NCBI GenBank assembly: GCA_018664115.1
Contig: JABJOX010000004.1
Coordinates: 10,089-74,088, forward strand
Direction: 5' to 3'
DNA: 64,000 bases
From: Candidatus Woesearchaeota archaeon
GTDB lineage: Archaea > Nanobdellota > Nanobdellia > Woesearchaeales > GW2011-AR9
Position 1 is the stretch's first letter. Each line of letters opens with the position of its first letter. The notes beneath the pieces are model-generated. The model saw nothing but the letters and a program-made list of their open reading frames with translations, was not told where the DNA came from and ran no database searches. Of the stretch, positions 47,464 to 58,350 are shown in pieces. A program made the position numbers and the translations under genes.

Positions 47464-48261
47464 ATGAAACAAATAAAATCAATTTTGGCCGACGCCGATG
47501 GTACTCTGATCGAAGGAGGAAAGTTTCATAACTTTCCCGAAGAATTAAAAAGAGCTATCGCTGATATCCGTTCTGATGGAGTATTATTCAACTTAGCTTC
47601 TGGGAGACCTTTCTTTGAACAAGAGATTCTTTATGACCTTCTGATTGGAGATGAGAACAAAAACCCTCAAGAAGGGATCCTTTATGAGGGGTCATCATTA
47701 AAATTGTTTGATAGAGATGAACCTTTTGTTCTCGGGGGTTTAACTAAAGAACAAGTTCAAGATATTAAAACTTTTATTACAAAACATAATTTGTGCGATG
47801 GATTAGTTCCACAATCTAATAACGAGAAATATGAAACTCAAACTGGTTATGTGACTCCAACATTTATTTCTGATGGGAAAACTGATTCAGTTTTATTACA
47901 GAGCAGATTCCCAGCAACTAAAGATACAATTGAATCACAGTTCCCATACGCAGAAGTTTCTATGTCTGCCGATGCAATTGATGTTTTTGCGAGAGGTGTA
48001 ACCAAAGCCAAACCAACCGCAAAATATTCTCAAGTTACGGGCATTCCTTTAGATCAGATTGCCGTATTTGGCGATTCTGGGAACGATATGCCTATGTTTG
48101 AGGTTGTTGGTAAAGAAGGCGGATTAACTGTCTATGTGGGGACAAATCCAGAACAAGAAGAAACTATTCGATCTTACAAACATCATTTCATTCCAGAACA
48201 ACGGGGACCTTTAGGAGCCGTGAAAGGGATAGAATACATTTTAAAATTAAATAAAGAATAA
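47464..48261 (+). CDS. HAD-IIB (Cof-type) phosphatase
   Basis: ADADGTL, ASGR, K, FGDSGNDMPMF. Confidence 0.88.
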   Translation: MKQIKSILADADGTLIEGGKFHNFPEELKRAIADIRSDGVLFNLASGRPFFEQEILYDLLIGDENKNPQEGILYEGSSLKLFDRDEPFVLGGLTKEQVQDIKTFITKHNLCDGLVPQSNNEKYETQTGYVTPTFISDGKTDSVLLQSRFPATKDTIESQFPYAEVSMSADAIDVFARGVTKAKPTAKYSQVTGIPLDQIAVFGDSGNDMPMFEVVGKEGGLTVYVGTNPEQEETIRSYKHHFIPEQRGPLGAVKGIEYILKLNKE

Positions 48262-48275
48262 AAATTAAAAAACTT

Positions 48276-49409
48276 TCAACCTTTCAACAACTTTTTCCAA
48301 GTAGATTTCTTTTTCTTTCCTGCTAATTTCTTCCCACCAATTGCAGCCGCTTCTCTCTTAGCATCCCTGGTAACATTCCGAGCAATAACATCCATTCCAT
48401 GCGGGAAACTTGGCGCGTCCCAAGGGAAATTTTCTCCAGAAGTAAATTTCTTCCATAATCTCAAATCAGATTCTACCATCATTTTTACAAGTTCTTTAAA
48501 TTTAATTTCTGCTTCCCAACCAAGTACATCTCTCGCCTTTCTTGCATCTCCACATAATTGATGAACTTCCATTGGTCGATGTAATTTTTGGTCAGATTTA
48601 ACATATTTTTTCCAGTCTAAACCAACAACTTTGAATGCTTCTTCTGCAAATTCTCCTACAGAATATGTTTCCCCAGTAGCAATAACAAAATCATCTGGTT
48701 TATCATGCTGCATCATCATCCACATCATCTTAACAAAATCTCCAGCATAACCCCAGTCTCGTTTAGCGTCTAAATTTCCAAGAACTAATTCTTTTTGTAA
48801 TCCTAATTTGATCTTTGCTACAGAGTTAGTGATTTTTCTAGTAACAAACTCTAATCCTCTGAGTGGACTTTCATGATTAAATAAAATTCCATTACAAGTG
48901 AAGATTCCATAAGAATGACGATAAATTTTTGTCATGTGATAAGCATGCAATTTTGCTGCCGCATAGGGTGAGTTTGGCATCATTGGTGTTCTTTCATCTT
49001 GTGGACATTCTTTTGCTCCTCCAAACAGTTCTGAGGTAGATGCCTGATAAAATTTGATGTTTTTATTCAAATGCCTAATAATTTCTAAAAAACGAGTTGC
49101 TCCACTTGCATCAATTTCTGTTGTGTGTAAAGGCTGATCAAATGATGCTCCAACAAAACTTTGCGCAGCTAAGTTATAAATCTCGTCTGGATTGGAAACA
49201 GTAACCGCTTCTAATAATGAGGACATATCGCTTAAGTCAGCAGGAATCAAAGTAATTTTTTTCAATATGCCTAAATGTTGTAATCGCCAAAAGTTTGGTG
49301 AAGAAGTTCTTCGATAAGTTCCGTAAACTTTGTATCCTTTGCTTAATAATAATCTTGCTAAATATGGCCCATCTTGGCCAGTAATTCCCGTAATTAATGC
49401 TCGTTTCAT
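48276..49409 (-). CDS. gmd: GDP-mannose 4,6-dehydratase
   Basis: GITGQDG.YLA, YNLAAQSFV..SF, YQASTSELFG, SPYAAAK, FNHESPLRG, RDWG. Confidence 0.95.
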   Translation of the reverse strand: MKRALITGITGQDGPYLARLLLSKGYKVYGTYRRTSSPNFWRLQHLGILKKITLIPADLSDMSSLLEAVTVSNPDEIYNLAAQSFVGASFDQPLHTTEIDASGATRFLEIIRHLNKNIKFYQASTSELFGGAKECPQDERTPMMPNSPYAAAKLHAYHMTKIYRHSYGIFTCNGILFNHESPLRGLEFVTRKITNSVAKIKLGLQKELVLGNLDAKRDWGYAGDFVKMMWMMMQHDKPDDFVIATGETYSVGEFAEEAFKVVGLDWKKYVKSDQKLHRPMEVHQLCGDARKARDVLGWEAEIKFKELVKMMVESDLRLWKKFTSGENFPWDAPSFPHGMDVIARNVTRDAKREAAAIGGKKLAGKKKKSTWKKLLKG

Positions 49410-49541
49410 GGTATTAATTGTCTGGGGAATGAGCGTTTAAAAAGCTTCTGGAACACTGAAATCATTACTAGAGAATATAAATGATGATTGTTAGAAGATA
49501 GTATCAATAACTTTAAAAAGTCTCATTTGAAGTTTTAATTG

Positions 49542-51026
49542 ATGGCTAATTATACAAAAAAAGCAATAAAAGGGGCAGGGATAACTTTAATCATGAGCAT
49601 TCTTGCTGCAGTTGTTGCTTATGTTACCAGAATAATTTTAGCAAGGAATCTTGGTCCTTATGAGTATGGGTTGTTTTCGGCAGTCTTCACTTTTATTATC
49701 TTCTTACTTTTTTTTCGTGATTTAGGATTGAGACAATCTTTATCAAAACATATTGCTGAATTTAAAGCAAAACAGGATTACAATCAAATAAAAACTGCTA
49801 TTAATGTAGTTCTCTTATTCCAACTATTTAGCTCATTAATGTTTGTTTTGATACTTTATTTCTTATCAGATTATCTCGCCATCAATTACTTCAAAGACAT
49901 CAATGCTTCTTTAGTATTAAAAATCTTTTTGCTTTATGTTCTTTTTAGTATTTTCTTTATTGTTTTGAAAGGAATTTTTCAGGGCTTCCAGAAAATGTTT
50001 TTTTTCTCTTCAGTTGAGTTTTCTAAGAATCTTATAATTCTAATATCTGTTTTAATTCTTTTTAAATTTGGATTTACTTTGCTTGCTCCCATCATTGCTT
50101 ATGCTTTAGTTAGCTTAATCCTTTTCATGATTTATTTTTATCCAGCATTAAAGATGTCACAATACTTTAAACATAACATTATCAATTTTAAAATCACTAC
50201 AAAAAAAGTTGTTTTGTTTGGGATACCTCTGTTGGCAGCTTCTTTTGCAGGAAAAATTATTGGTTATATTGATACTTTACTTCTTACTTATTTTGGAACC
50301 TTGACAGAAGTCGGGGTTTATAATGTTGTTTTGCCAACAGCACTAATTTTACTCCTTTTTGGCAGGTCTATTTCCGCAATCATTTTTCCCATGGCATCAG
50401 AATTGTGGGCTAAGAAAGATTTAAAAAGAATCAATGAAGGATTACGTTTAATTCATAAGTATTCATTCATCATTTTAACTCCCATAATATTTTCAATTTT
50501 AGTTTATTCTCAGATAATAATCAGAACATTTTTTGGTTCGGAATATGAATCTGGATATTTGGCGATGCAAATTCTATTAGTTGGAATGGCATTTTTTATC
50601 GTTGCGATGATTAATAATCAAGTTATTTCTGCTCTTGGTGAACCTAAATATGTAGCAAAGATAATTGCGGTCGCAGCATTTCTTAACATTGTTTTAAATC
50701 TATTTTTAATCCCAAAATACAGCATTAATGGTGCGGCTATAGCTACTTCCATCAGTTATTTTTTAATCTTATTTCTTTCTATGATCAAACTAAAGAAATT
50801 AATTAGAACAAAAATCCCTTCATTGATTTGGATTAAACAATTTATTTTAGCAGTTCTGTTTGTCATTGTCGTTATAATGGTAAAAAGTAATTTATCAGTT
50901 AACATTTATTTAGAAATCATAACTTCTGTTTTGTTTGCTAGTTTAATCTATTTTATAACTACTTATCTTTTTGGTTTAATTAACATTAAAGAAATAAAGT
51001 ATTATTTGAGGATATTAAGAAAATGA
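49542..51026 (+). CDS. Oligosaccharide flippase (Wzx/MOP family)
   Basis: ILARNLGPYEYG, IDTLLL, VGVYN, LIPKY.INGAAIA; about 14 TM segments. Confidence 0.9.
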   Translation: MANYTKKAIKGAGITLIMSILAAVVAYVTRIILARNLGPYEYGLFSAVFTFIIFLLFFRDLGLRQSLSKHIAEFKAKQDYNQIKTAINVVLLFQLFSSLMFVLILYFLSDYLAINYFKDINASLVLKIFLLYVLFSIFFIVLKGIFQGFQKMFFFSSVEFSKNLIILISVLILFKFGFTLLAPIIAYALVSLILFMIYFYPALKMSQYFKHNIINFKITTKKVVLFGIPLLAASFAGKIIGYIDTLLLTYFGTLTEVGVYNVVLPTALILLLFGRSISAIIFPMASELWAKKDLKRINEGLRLIHKYSFIILTPIIFSILVYSQIIIRTFFGSEYESGYLAMQILLVGMAFFIVAMINNQVISALGEPKYVAKIIAVAAFLNIVLNLFLIPKYSINGAAIATSISYFLILFLSMIKLKKLIRTKIPSLIWIKQFILAVLFVIVVIMVKSNLSVNIYLEIITSVLFASLIYFITTYLFGLINIKEIKYYLRILRK

Positions 51027-52330
51027 GCGTTATCAATATGATTAAAGATGTACTTGAGAAACTTAACACAAATAATCTTTCTTATTGCATTCTAAGAAAC
51101 TATGACTTTTTATTAGAAAACAGAGCCCCAATAAAAGATTCTGAAAGAAGTATTGATTTGGTTGTTGCAGAAAATGATTATCTTAGATTCTCAAAAATCT
51201 TAAAGTCATTTGGTTTTAGAAAAAGAAAACAACAATTCTCACTTAAACATAAAGCCTTCTTTAAAATTAACGAAAATTTGGATGTAATCAGTTTTGACGT
51301 TCAAGTAGGAGGCGTGCATTGGAACGACATGTGTTATCTTGAAGAAAAAATTATTCTAAAGAACAGACTCAAAAAATCTTTCTTTTACATCCCACATGAT
51401 AATGATACTTTTGTGATGCTTCTTGTCCATTCCATTTTAGGTAAAAGATATTTTAAACCGGAATACCAGAAAATATTGCTTAACTTAATCTCTATTGTTG
51501 ATTACGATTATGTAAAAAAAGAATTATCTAGAATATTTAATAAAAATATTGCGGAAAAACTATTTAAATTAATAAAAGAAGATAACTTTGAAAAAATAGA
51601 TTGTTATCCACTTATATTTTTTTACATTATCAAGAAACCAAAAAACTTTTTCATTTTTACCACTTTATCCTGGCGTTATTTCCTGCAAAGAAAAAATCCT
51701 TTTCGAATTGGACCATTGATTAGTATTCTTGGTCCTGATGGCTCAGGAAAATCTACCCTAGTTAGAGAATTGAATAATCATCTTGTTCAACAAAACAGAA
51801 AAACTTCGCTGATTTATACTGGCAGAGGAAGAGACCATATTTTGCCAATCACTCATTTGGGTAGATCCTATAAAAAGAAAGAAAAAGATTCTTATGGAGA
51901 TAAAGAAAAACAATTGACAAATAAAACTTCATTTAAAACAAAGTTACTTTATACTTTTGCTGCCCCCGTTTTTACTTTGGATCTTTATCTCAGATACTGG
52001 TTAAGAATTTTTCCACAAAGATTTAAGAAAAAGATAGTAATTACTGACAGATATTGTTCAGACATCATTTTAATGAGAAATGTTCCATTCTTCTTTAAAA
52101 GATTTCTTTTAAGTTTGTTTCCAAAACCCACTATTTCAGTTTATCTTCATAACGACGCAGAAATACTTCATCAAAGAAGACCAGAAGAACCAGTTATGGA
52201 ATTAGATAGGCAAATGAATATTTTCAGAAAGTTTAATTATTCTTTAACTTTAAAAACTGATGATAAAAATTTGACTAAGGAAAAAAGTATTAATTATATT
52301 TTCTCTAAACTTCTTCGTGATTGGCGTTAA
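51023..52330 (+). CDS. Nucleotidyltransferase-like N-domain fused to thymidylate-kinase-like P-loop domain
   Basis: YCILRNY...SIDLVV (Pol-beta NTase-like); ISILGPDGSGKST...ITDRY...P.P....RRPE. Confidence 0.7.
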   Translation: MSVINMIKDVLEKLNTNNLSYCILRNYDFLLENRAPIKDSERSIDLVVAENDYLRFSKILKSFGFRKRKQQFSLKHKAFFKINENLDVISFDVQVGGVHWNDMCYLEEKIILKNRLKKSFFYIPHDNDTFVMLLVHSILGKRYFKPEYQKILLNLISIVDYDYVKKELSRIFNKNIAEKLFKLIKEDNFEKIDCYPLIFFYIIKKPKNFFIFTTLSWRYFLQRKNPFRIGPLISILGPDGSGKSTLVRELNNHLVQQNRKTSLIYTGRGRDHILPITHLGRSYKKKEKDSYGDKEKQLTNKTSFKTKLLYTFAAPVFTLDLYLRYWLRIFPQRFKKKIVITDRYCSDIILMRNVPFFFKRFLLSLFPKPTISVYLHNDAEILHQRRPEEPVMELDRQMNIFRKFNYSLTLKTDDKNLTKEKSINYIFSKLLRDWR

Positions 52331-52340
52331 TAATATTAAT

Positions 52341-53462
52341 TTAATTTTTTTTATCTTTTAATAATTCTTCATATAATTCAATAAATTGTTGAGTTATTTT
52401 CTCAACAGAGAATTCTTGTGATTTCTGATATGCTTTTTCAACCATCTCCAAATCAGGATTTTTTAAAGCATAAATAATTGTTTCTTGAAGAGATTCGACA
52501 TTTCCTGGCTTGGCCATAAAAACACAACCATCTGCAATTTCTCTTAGCTCAGGCAAATCTGTTGTTACAACTGGAGTTTTACATGCCATTGCTTCAAGTA
52601 AGCAAGAAGGATTTCCTTCAGTTCCTTCTAAATGTGGATAAGGTAAGATAACTAAGTCTGCCATGGCCACATAATCTTCTATTTTTACTTCTTCTGCAAT
52701 AAAATTAATTTGTCTTGCGAACCCTTTCATTTCAAGATAAGATTTGTATTTTAAAGAATAAGTAAAATTTCGTGGAATGCAAATAAATATGTTTTTTTCA
52801 TGTTCTTCCAATATTTTAGGTATTGCTTTTATAAGAATATTTGACCCTTTTATTTCCCATAGTGCTCCATAGTATAAAATTATTTTATTTCCTTCGTACC
52901 CATACTTCCTTTTTAAGGAAAGCCTTTTCAGAGGCATGAACTTATTATGATCAATAAATGATCTCACAACTCTTATCTTATCTTTTGGAACACCTTTTTT
53001 GATTAGTTTATCAGCATGAACATTTGTTGAAACAGTAACAAAATCTGCATATTTTAATAACCAGTAACATGAATTTGCAATATAGCTTATAAATTTATTT
53101 TTTTTCTTAATTTTTATATCCCTTATTATTGGATACGATTTTAAAGTATGTACTAATAATGGTTTTTTTGTGAACAGTTTTGTTAAAAGACTTCTTATAA
53201 ATAATGCAGGTGAGGAACTAACGCTGTAAATAATATCAATTTTTTTTTCTTTTCTCAGGAGAAAAGCTGGGCTGAATAATGTATGTAGGAATCCATTTTT
53301 GAATTCAATTATTGGAATATTTTTTGTATCGATGGTATGCCCTTTTTTCCCGATTATTTTTACATTATGTCCTTTTTCAATTAATTCTTGAGCAAGTTCT
53401 ACTGTTGTAAGAGAAGTAGCTTCTTTTTTCATTAGTCCAGTAGCAAGTATGATGATATTCAT
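52341..53462 (-). CDS. Glycosyltransferase family 4
   Basis: KG, ADLVILP...EGNPSCLLEAMACKTPVVTT (E-x7-E motif). Confidence 0.92.
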   Translation of the reverse strand: MNIIILATGLMKKEATSLTTVELAQELIEKGHNVKIIGKKGHTIDTKNIPIIEFKNGFLHTLFSPAFLLRKEKKIDIIYSVSSSPALFIRSLLTKLFTKKPLLVHTLKSYPIIRDIKIKKKNKFISYIANSCYWLLKYADFVTVSTNVHADKLIKKGVPKDKIRVVRSFIDHNKFMPLKRLSLKRKYGYEGNKIILYYGALWEIKGSNILIKAIPKILEEHEKNIFICIPRNFTYSLKYKSYLEMKGFARQINFIAEEVKIEDYVAMADLVILPYPHLEGTEGNPSCLLEAMACKTPVVTTDLPELREIADGCVFMAKPGNVESLQETIIYALKNPDLEMVEKAYQKSQEFSVEKITQQFIELYEELLKDKKN

Positions 53463-53592
53463 TTTATTTACAATTTAAATCCATCTTATAACCTAAATCC
53501 TCTTTTTCTCTTATTAAAAGAATATTGGAACTATGTTCATTATTGAACAATATTCCGAAAGTCTTTTAAATAATATTGAATAATAAAAAATC

Positions 53593-54132
53593 ATGCCTAT
53601 TAGTCCTAAAACAGTCAGTAAAATAACTCGCGTTGGTCTTTTAAATAGAATTTTTGGGAATATTTATTTGGGGTTAAGATTGTTTTATCAAGAAATGAAA
53701 TGCGCTGAATTTCGTAAAAAATATAATATTCATCCCTCATTTCGTTTTAATGGTCCAGGAACAATTTTCTATGGTGCTGGAAAAATATTTGCTGGTGAGA
53801 ATTCTTATATTGGGCGTTATAGTGCAATTTCTACATCTAAAGGAAATAAGGTGATTATAGGGAAAGGATGTGCTATTAGTCATTTTGTGATGATGTATAC
53901 TACATCAAGAAAAACTAATCAAGATTTTTCTCAGGTTCCGCACCAACAAGAGTTTGGAGATATTATTATTGGACCTTATACCTGGATTGGCGCTCGTGTT
54001 TTTATTAAACACGGTGTGACTATTGGAAAGAATTGCGTAATTGGGGCTAATAGTGTAGTGACAAAAGATATCCCTGATTTTTCTGTTGCTGTTGGTTGTC
54101 CAGCTAGAGTTGTGAAAAAGATAATTATTTAA
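53593..54132 (+). CDS. Hexapeptide-repeat (LbH) acyltransferase
   Basis: IGKGCAIS, IGPYTWIGARV, IGKNCVIGANSVVTKDIP..VAVGCPA. Confidence 0.9.
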   Translation: MPISPKTVSKITRVGLLNRIFGNIYLGLRLFYQEMKCAEFRKKYNIHPSFRFNGPGTIFYGAGKIFAGENSYIGRYSAISTSKGNKVIIGKGCAISHFVMMYTTSRKTNQDFSQVPHQQEFGDIIIGPYTWIGARVFIKHGVTIGKNCVIGANSVVTKDIPDFSVAVGCPARVVKKIII

Positions 54133-54790
54133 TTATTTCTCTAATCAACATAAAAGTCTCTGCAGCTTCTAAACATACTTCATTTCCACGTTGTATGGCT
54201 TTTATTTCAGCTCCTTTTAATGATCGTGGATGAGGATATTCTCGCAATTCTGATTTATATAATGACATTGCTTCCCCTTTCTTTGCTAACTCTTGTGAGA
54301 TGTCAATATAAATATTAGGTATAAATGGTGTTGTATATGGTGATGATTGCTCAGTTTCACTTATAACTTCATAACTAAATATTTTTTTAATAAATGGGTT
54401 TATTTTTGGTTTAGCTGCAATTAAAGCACATTGAAAAGTTATTTGATGGTCTTTATGTAAATCCCCTTGATGTGGTATAAATAACTCGTTTGGTTGACAT
54501 TCTTCAATAATTTCTTTTAATTTATGATTAATTTCGTTTTGAGGTACGACATCTAGACTAGCAGCGATAAAATCACAAAAGAATACTTTTTTTATTCCAA
54601 TTAAATTTGCTACTCTTAGGACTTCTTTTCTCTTTTCTTCCAGGACTTCTTTTCCATAGTAAGTTTCTTCTCCTTTAGTCATAATACAAAGAAAAACTTC
54701 ATTTCCTGCTTTAATATTTTTAATTATTGTCCCTCCACAGCCAAGAACTTCGTCATCGGGATGGGGTGCAATTACAAGTATTTTTTTCAT
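54125..54790 (-). CDS. PIG-L/LmbE family deacetylase
   Basis: APHPDDEVLGCGG, DLHKDH, YKSELREYPHPRS, AETF. Confidence 0.92.
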   Translation of the reverse strand: MKKILVIAPHPDDEVLGCGGTIIKNIKAGNEVFLCIMTKGEETYYGKEVLEEKRKEVLRVANLIGIKKVFFCDFIAASLDVVPQNEINHKLKEIIEECQPNELFIPHQGDLHKDHQITFQCALIAAKPKINPFIKKIFSYEVISETEQSSPYTTPFIPNIYIDISQELAKKGEAMSLYKSELREYPHPRSLKGAEIKAIQRGNEVCLEAAETFMLIREIIK

Positions 54791-55485
54791 TAGTAAAATC
54801 CTCCTGAATTTTTAATTATCTCTTTGCTTTCCTTTCCTTTGTTAAAGAGGAGATCAATAATCCCCATATTTGGAAAAAAATTATTATTATCACTGAATCT
54901 TTGTTCATATTGAGGATGTTCAAACCGCTGGTATACCAAAGAGATTCCTGCTTTATTAAATAAATTTTCATCTATATATCCTTTACTTCCTGGTCCGGAT
55001 ATGTAGGTGTTGGCATTGATTGATTTACAAATGTTTATTAATCTTTCATTAGATTTACCACTGATTTTTAATGATGATTCAGTTACGATTTTTATGTTTA
55101 TTCCTAGGTATTCTAATAAGTATTTAATAAGTTCTAAATCTAATTCATGTAATGTTAAGCTTTCTTTGTTTATTATTTTTTTTATTTTCGGAAAAATTTC
55201 ATTAAAATGGGGTGAATTTTTATAATAACATTCAATTGACTTAAGATGTTTTTTTCTCCAAGGTAGCTTATTATTTATTTTAATGTTTTTAATGATTTTA
55301 CTTTCTTTAATAAGAGGTATTGTTAACCACATATATCCATTTGGAGTTATAATTTTATTTCGATGTATAAATCCTTCTTTATTAAACTCAGTGTTATCCA
55401 TAACTACATAAACATCAGCCAATGATAATTTGTGGAAAAAACCAATGTAAGGGAAGTACTGTGGTTGATGTATTACTATTCTCAT
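54790..55485 (-). CDS. WbqC family protein
   Basis: IHQPQYFPYIGFF, HRNKI, WLTIP, YISG, YEQ, IIDLLFN. Confidence 0.9.
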   Translation of the reverse strand: MRIVIHQPQYFPYIGFFHKLSLADVYVVMDNTEFNKEGFIHRNKIITPNGYMWLTIPLIKESKIIKNIKINNKLPWRKKHLKSIECYYKNSPHFNEIFPKIKKIINKESLTLHELDLELIKYLLEYLGINIKIVTESSLKISGKSNERLINICKSINANTYISGPGSKGYIDENLFNKAGISLVYQRFEHPQYEQRFSDNNNFFPNMGIIDLLFNKGKESKEIIKNSGGFY

Positions 55486-55492
55486 CTTCTTT

Positions 55493-57217
55493 TCATTTTA
55501 AGTATGATTTAATTATTAGTTGACATATTTTAGTTGTTGCTTTTCCGTCAATTAGTTGTTGTCCTTTTTTTGACATTTCTCTTCGGGTTTCTGTATTTAA
55601 TATCAAGTTTCTTAGTTTCTCTTCTGCTTTACTTATAGTCCATTCATTCTTGTGTCCTAAATATATACTTACTCTTGCATCTTCAAAGGCCTTTGCAAAG
55701 AATTGCTGGTGATCATCATGATTAAAATCATAGGAAGCTGTTAAGCATAAGGTAGGAACACCACATCTCGCAAATTCATACAACACATTTCCACCGCCAG
55801 ATATGCCAATATCTGCTTTAATCATTAATTCTTTTATTTCTTTGACATTATGTAATATTGTGGTATTATCCACTGATTGATAAGTTTCAATTACTTCTTT
55901 TCTGTTTTGTTCACTTATTCCTGGTCCAAGAACCAAAGTAAAATTTTGTTCTGGAAATTTTTCAATTACTTCTTTTAACTTTAAAATCTGGAAACATTGA
56001 TCACCCCCACCTAATAAAACTAGAATCTCTTTAACATCTTCAACTATCTTTGTTGATACATCTTCAAATCCTTTCCTTAATGGCATGTAATTCAAACCCG
56101 AATAGTAGTTAGACTTTGTATTAGAAAAGTTTATTGGGAATGAGTTGATTATAAGGTCTCCTCTAACATTTCTTTCTTTCTCACTGTCGATGAATCTGAC
56201 TCTTAATGATTTACCAAATCTCTCGGAACTTGTATCATCTAAGTATTTTCTTAAATCAGTCACAATAATATCTGGATCTTCTTTAATTATTGATTCTTTG
56301 ATTTTTTCAGCAGGTAAAGAGGAATATCCATATTCATTCAGGAAGTTTCTTGCTTCTTCATTTGAAAAGAATAATATTTCTACTTTTGGTAACATTTCTC
56401 TTAATGATTCACAAATAGTAATACCTCTATATATGTGGCCCATACCTATTTCACCATCTCCATCAGCTCTCACAAATATTTTCAATCTTTTTTTTAAAAT
56501 TATTTCTGGATTAGCGCGTAAAGTTGAGAGAAGGTCTTCAGTTTTATAATAACCATTGTTAACCGGTGTTGTCATATCTACAATTGTTTTCATAAAGTCA
56601 AAATCATCTTGGGTGTCAATAGCAAAACTTATTCTAAAACTTCTTTTTTCTTTAGGAACACTAACCTGTAATATTTTATATTTATCTGGGTGTTGAAGTA
56701 TCCACTCGTCGAGATGTTCACGATGTTCATCGGTTTTAGCTAGTTGAACAGATTCTTTAAATGCTTTACGTGAGATAACTTCTGCTCCGCAAGGAAGCCC
56801 TTCCAAATGATAATAATTAGTACTTAAGTCGCAACCCTCTTTCTCGTGTGCTTCAATCAGGTTGTCAATCTCTTCATAGTCTAGGAAAGGCGAATCAGCA
56901 CAAACTCTAACAATGTTAACAAATTCAGGATTAAGATTTTCAACTATATCATTAAATCTTTCTAAGACGTTATCTTCAGATCCAAAATGTATATTTACTC
57001 CCAATTTTTGAGTAACATTTTCAAGAACCTTATTTTTCTGATCTTTAGAAGTGGCAAGGCAAATTTTATCAATTCTTTTACATCTCTGTAAGATGCTTAA
57101 GGCATGTTCAACAATGGGTTTTCCTCCGATTTCCATCATAATCTTATTTGGTAACCTAGTTGAACCCATTCTTGCTTGGATAATTGCAATTGTTTTTCTG
57201 GGATTATTAGTATACAT
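55493..57217 (-). CDS. Fusion: SpsF-type CMP-nonulosonate cytidylyltransferase + PseG/SpsG-type NDP-sugar hydrolase
   Basis: IIQARMGSTRLPNK, GSEDNVLERF, RVCADSP, IDTQDD; then RADGDGEIGMGHIYR, LLGGGD, ADIGISGGG..YE...GVP. Confidence 0.88.
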   Translation of the reverse strand: MYTNNPRKTIAIIQARMGSTRLPNKIMMEIGGKPIVEHALSILQRCKRIDKICLATSKDQKNKVLENVTQKLGVNIHFGSEDNVLERFNDIVENLNPEFVNIVRVCADSPFLDYEEIDNLIEAHEKEGCDLSTNYYHLEGLPCGAEVISRKAFKESVQLAKTDEHREHLDEWILQHPDKYKILQVSVPKEKRSFRISFAIDTQDDFDFMKTIVDMTTPVNNGYYKTEDLLSTLRANPEIILKKRLKIFVRADGDGEIGMGHIYRGITICESLREMLPKVEILFFSNEEARNFLNEYGYSSLPAEKIKESIIKEDPDIIVTDLRKYLDDTSSERFGKSLRVRFIDSEKERNVRGDLIINSFPINFSNTKSNYYSGLNYMPLRKGFEDVSTKIVEDVKEILVLLGGGDQCFQILKLKEVIEKFPEQNFTLVLGPGISEQNRKEVIETYQSVDNTTILHNVKEIKELMIKADIGISGGGNVLYEFARCGVPTLCLTASYDFNHDDHQQFFAKAFEDARVSIYLGHKNEWTISKAEEKLRNLILNTETRREMSKKGQQLIDGKATTKICQLIIKSYLK

Positions 57218-57219
57218 TT

Positions 57220-58263
57220 TTATGTCCGTTCAGTAATATCTTTCCACCTGATGAAGTCATCTTTTGCAATATCCTTATTAACTTTAGCACCTAGTATGGC
57301 CTCGTAATGTTGGGGCCAAATTCCTTTTCCTGGTCTTTTCACAATAGTATTATTTTCAGTAAGAACTTCACCTTTTTTGATATCTCTCCAGGCAATAAAG
57401 CTTTTTCTGAATCCTTTGGCAGTCTTTTTTTCTCCATCTAGTATTTTCTTTTCTGCTGAACCCAAAGCAGCTTCTGCTATTCTAATGCCTTTACACATTT
57501 CTCTGAATTCATTTGGTTCTAAAGCAAAGAAAGTGTCTGTCCCTGGGTCATTTCTGGAAAGGCAAAAATGTTTCTCAATCATATTTGCACCAATTGCAGC
57601 CGCAGCAATTGGTGTATAGATGTCTGCTGTATGATCTGAAAAACCAACTGGAACGCTAAAAGCAAGTTTATACATTTCCATTACTCTTAAATTTGCATCT
57701 TTGGGGTCATTCGGATAAATAGAAGTTGTTTGAAATAATAAGATGTCTTTGTTTCCTTCTTCCTTAATTGCCTCAATTGCCATTGAAATTTCTGTCATTG
57801 TTGAAATTCCAGTTGACATGAAGATGGGTTTACCTTTTCGTGCAATATACTTTAAAAGAGGGATATTTGTGATTTCGTCTGCGCCAGTTTTGTAGGCATC
57901 GGTCCCTAATTCTTCTAGAAAATCAGTTGTTTCTCGACAACTTGGTGTGGAAAATATAATCATTCCATTTTCTCTAGCGTAATCAAAAATTTGTTGATGT
58001 GACTCTTTATTTACTTCAAATTTTTTACACACCTGGTATTGGTCAATTTCTCCAAGGCCTTTTACTTCAAATCTGGATTGTGGTTGGGCAATCTTATCTG
58101 CAAAGTAAGTTTGTAGTTTTATGGCATCTGCACCAGCGTCTTTTGTATAATCTATCATTTTTTTAGCTTGCTCAATAGTCTCATAATTCCCACCTATTTC
58201 AGCTATTATAAAAATAGGTTGATTTGGTCCAATTATTCTATTAACAACAGTGACTTGTTTCAT
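57220..58263 (-). CDS. Nonulosonic acid synthase (NeuB/PseI/SpsE family) with SAF domain
   Basis: FIIAEIG.N, GADAIKLQT, STP, MSTG, GFSDHT, IEKHF, KRPGKG. Confidence 0.92.
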   Translation of the reverse strand: MKQVTVVNRIIGPNQPIFIIAEIGGNYETIEQAKKMIDYTKDAGADAIKLQTYFADKIAQPQSRFEVKGLGEIDQYQVCKKFEVNKESHQQIFDYARENGMIIFSTPSCRETTDFLEELGTDAYKTGADEITNIPLLKYIARKGKPIFMSTGISTMTEISMAIEAIKEEGNKDILLFQTTSIYPNDPKDANLRVMEMYKLAFSVPVGFSDHTADIYTPIAAAAIGANMIEKHFCLSRNDPGTDTFFALEPNEFREMCKGIRIAEAALGSAEKKILDGEKKTAKGFRKSFIAWRDIKKGEVLTENNTIVKRPGKGIWPQHYEAILGAKVNKDIAKDDFIRWKDITERT

Positions 58264-58350
58264 TTTAATCTCTTTTATTTAAAATTTTTCATTTAAATAT
58301 TTTATGAATAAGAATACTATTTTTTTAACAATAGACTTTTCATAATTCAT

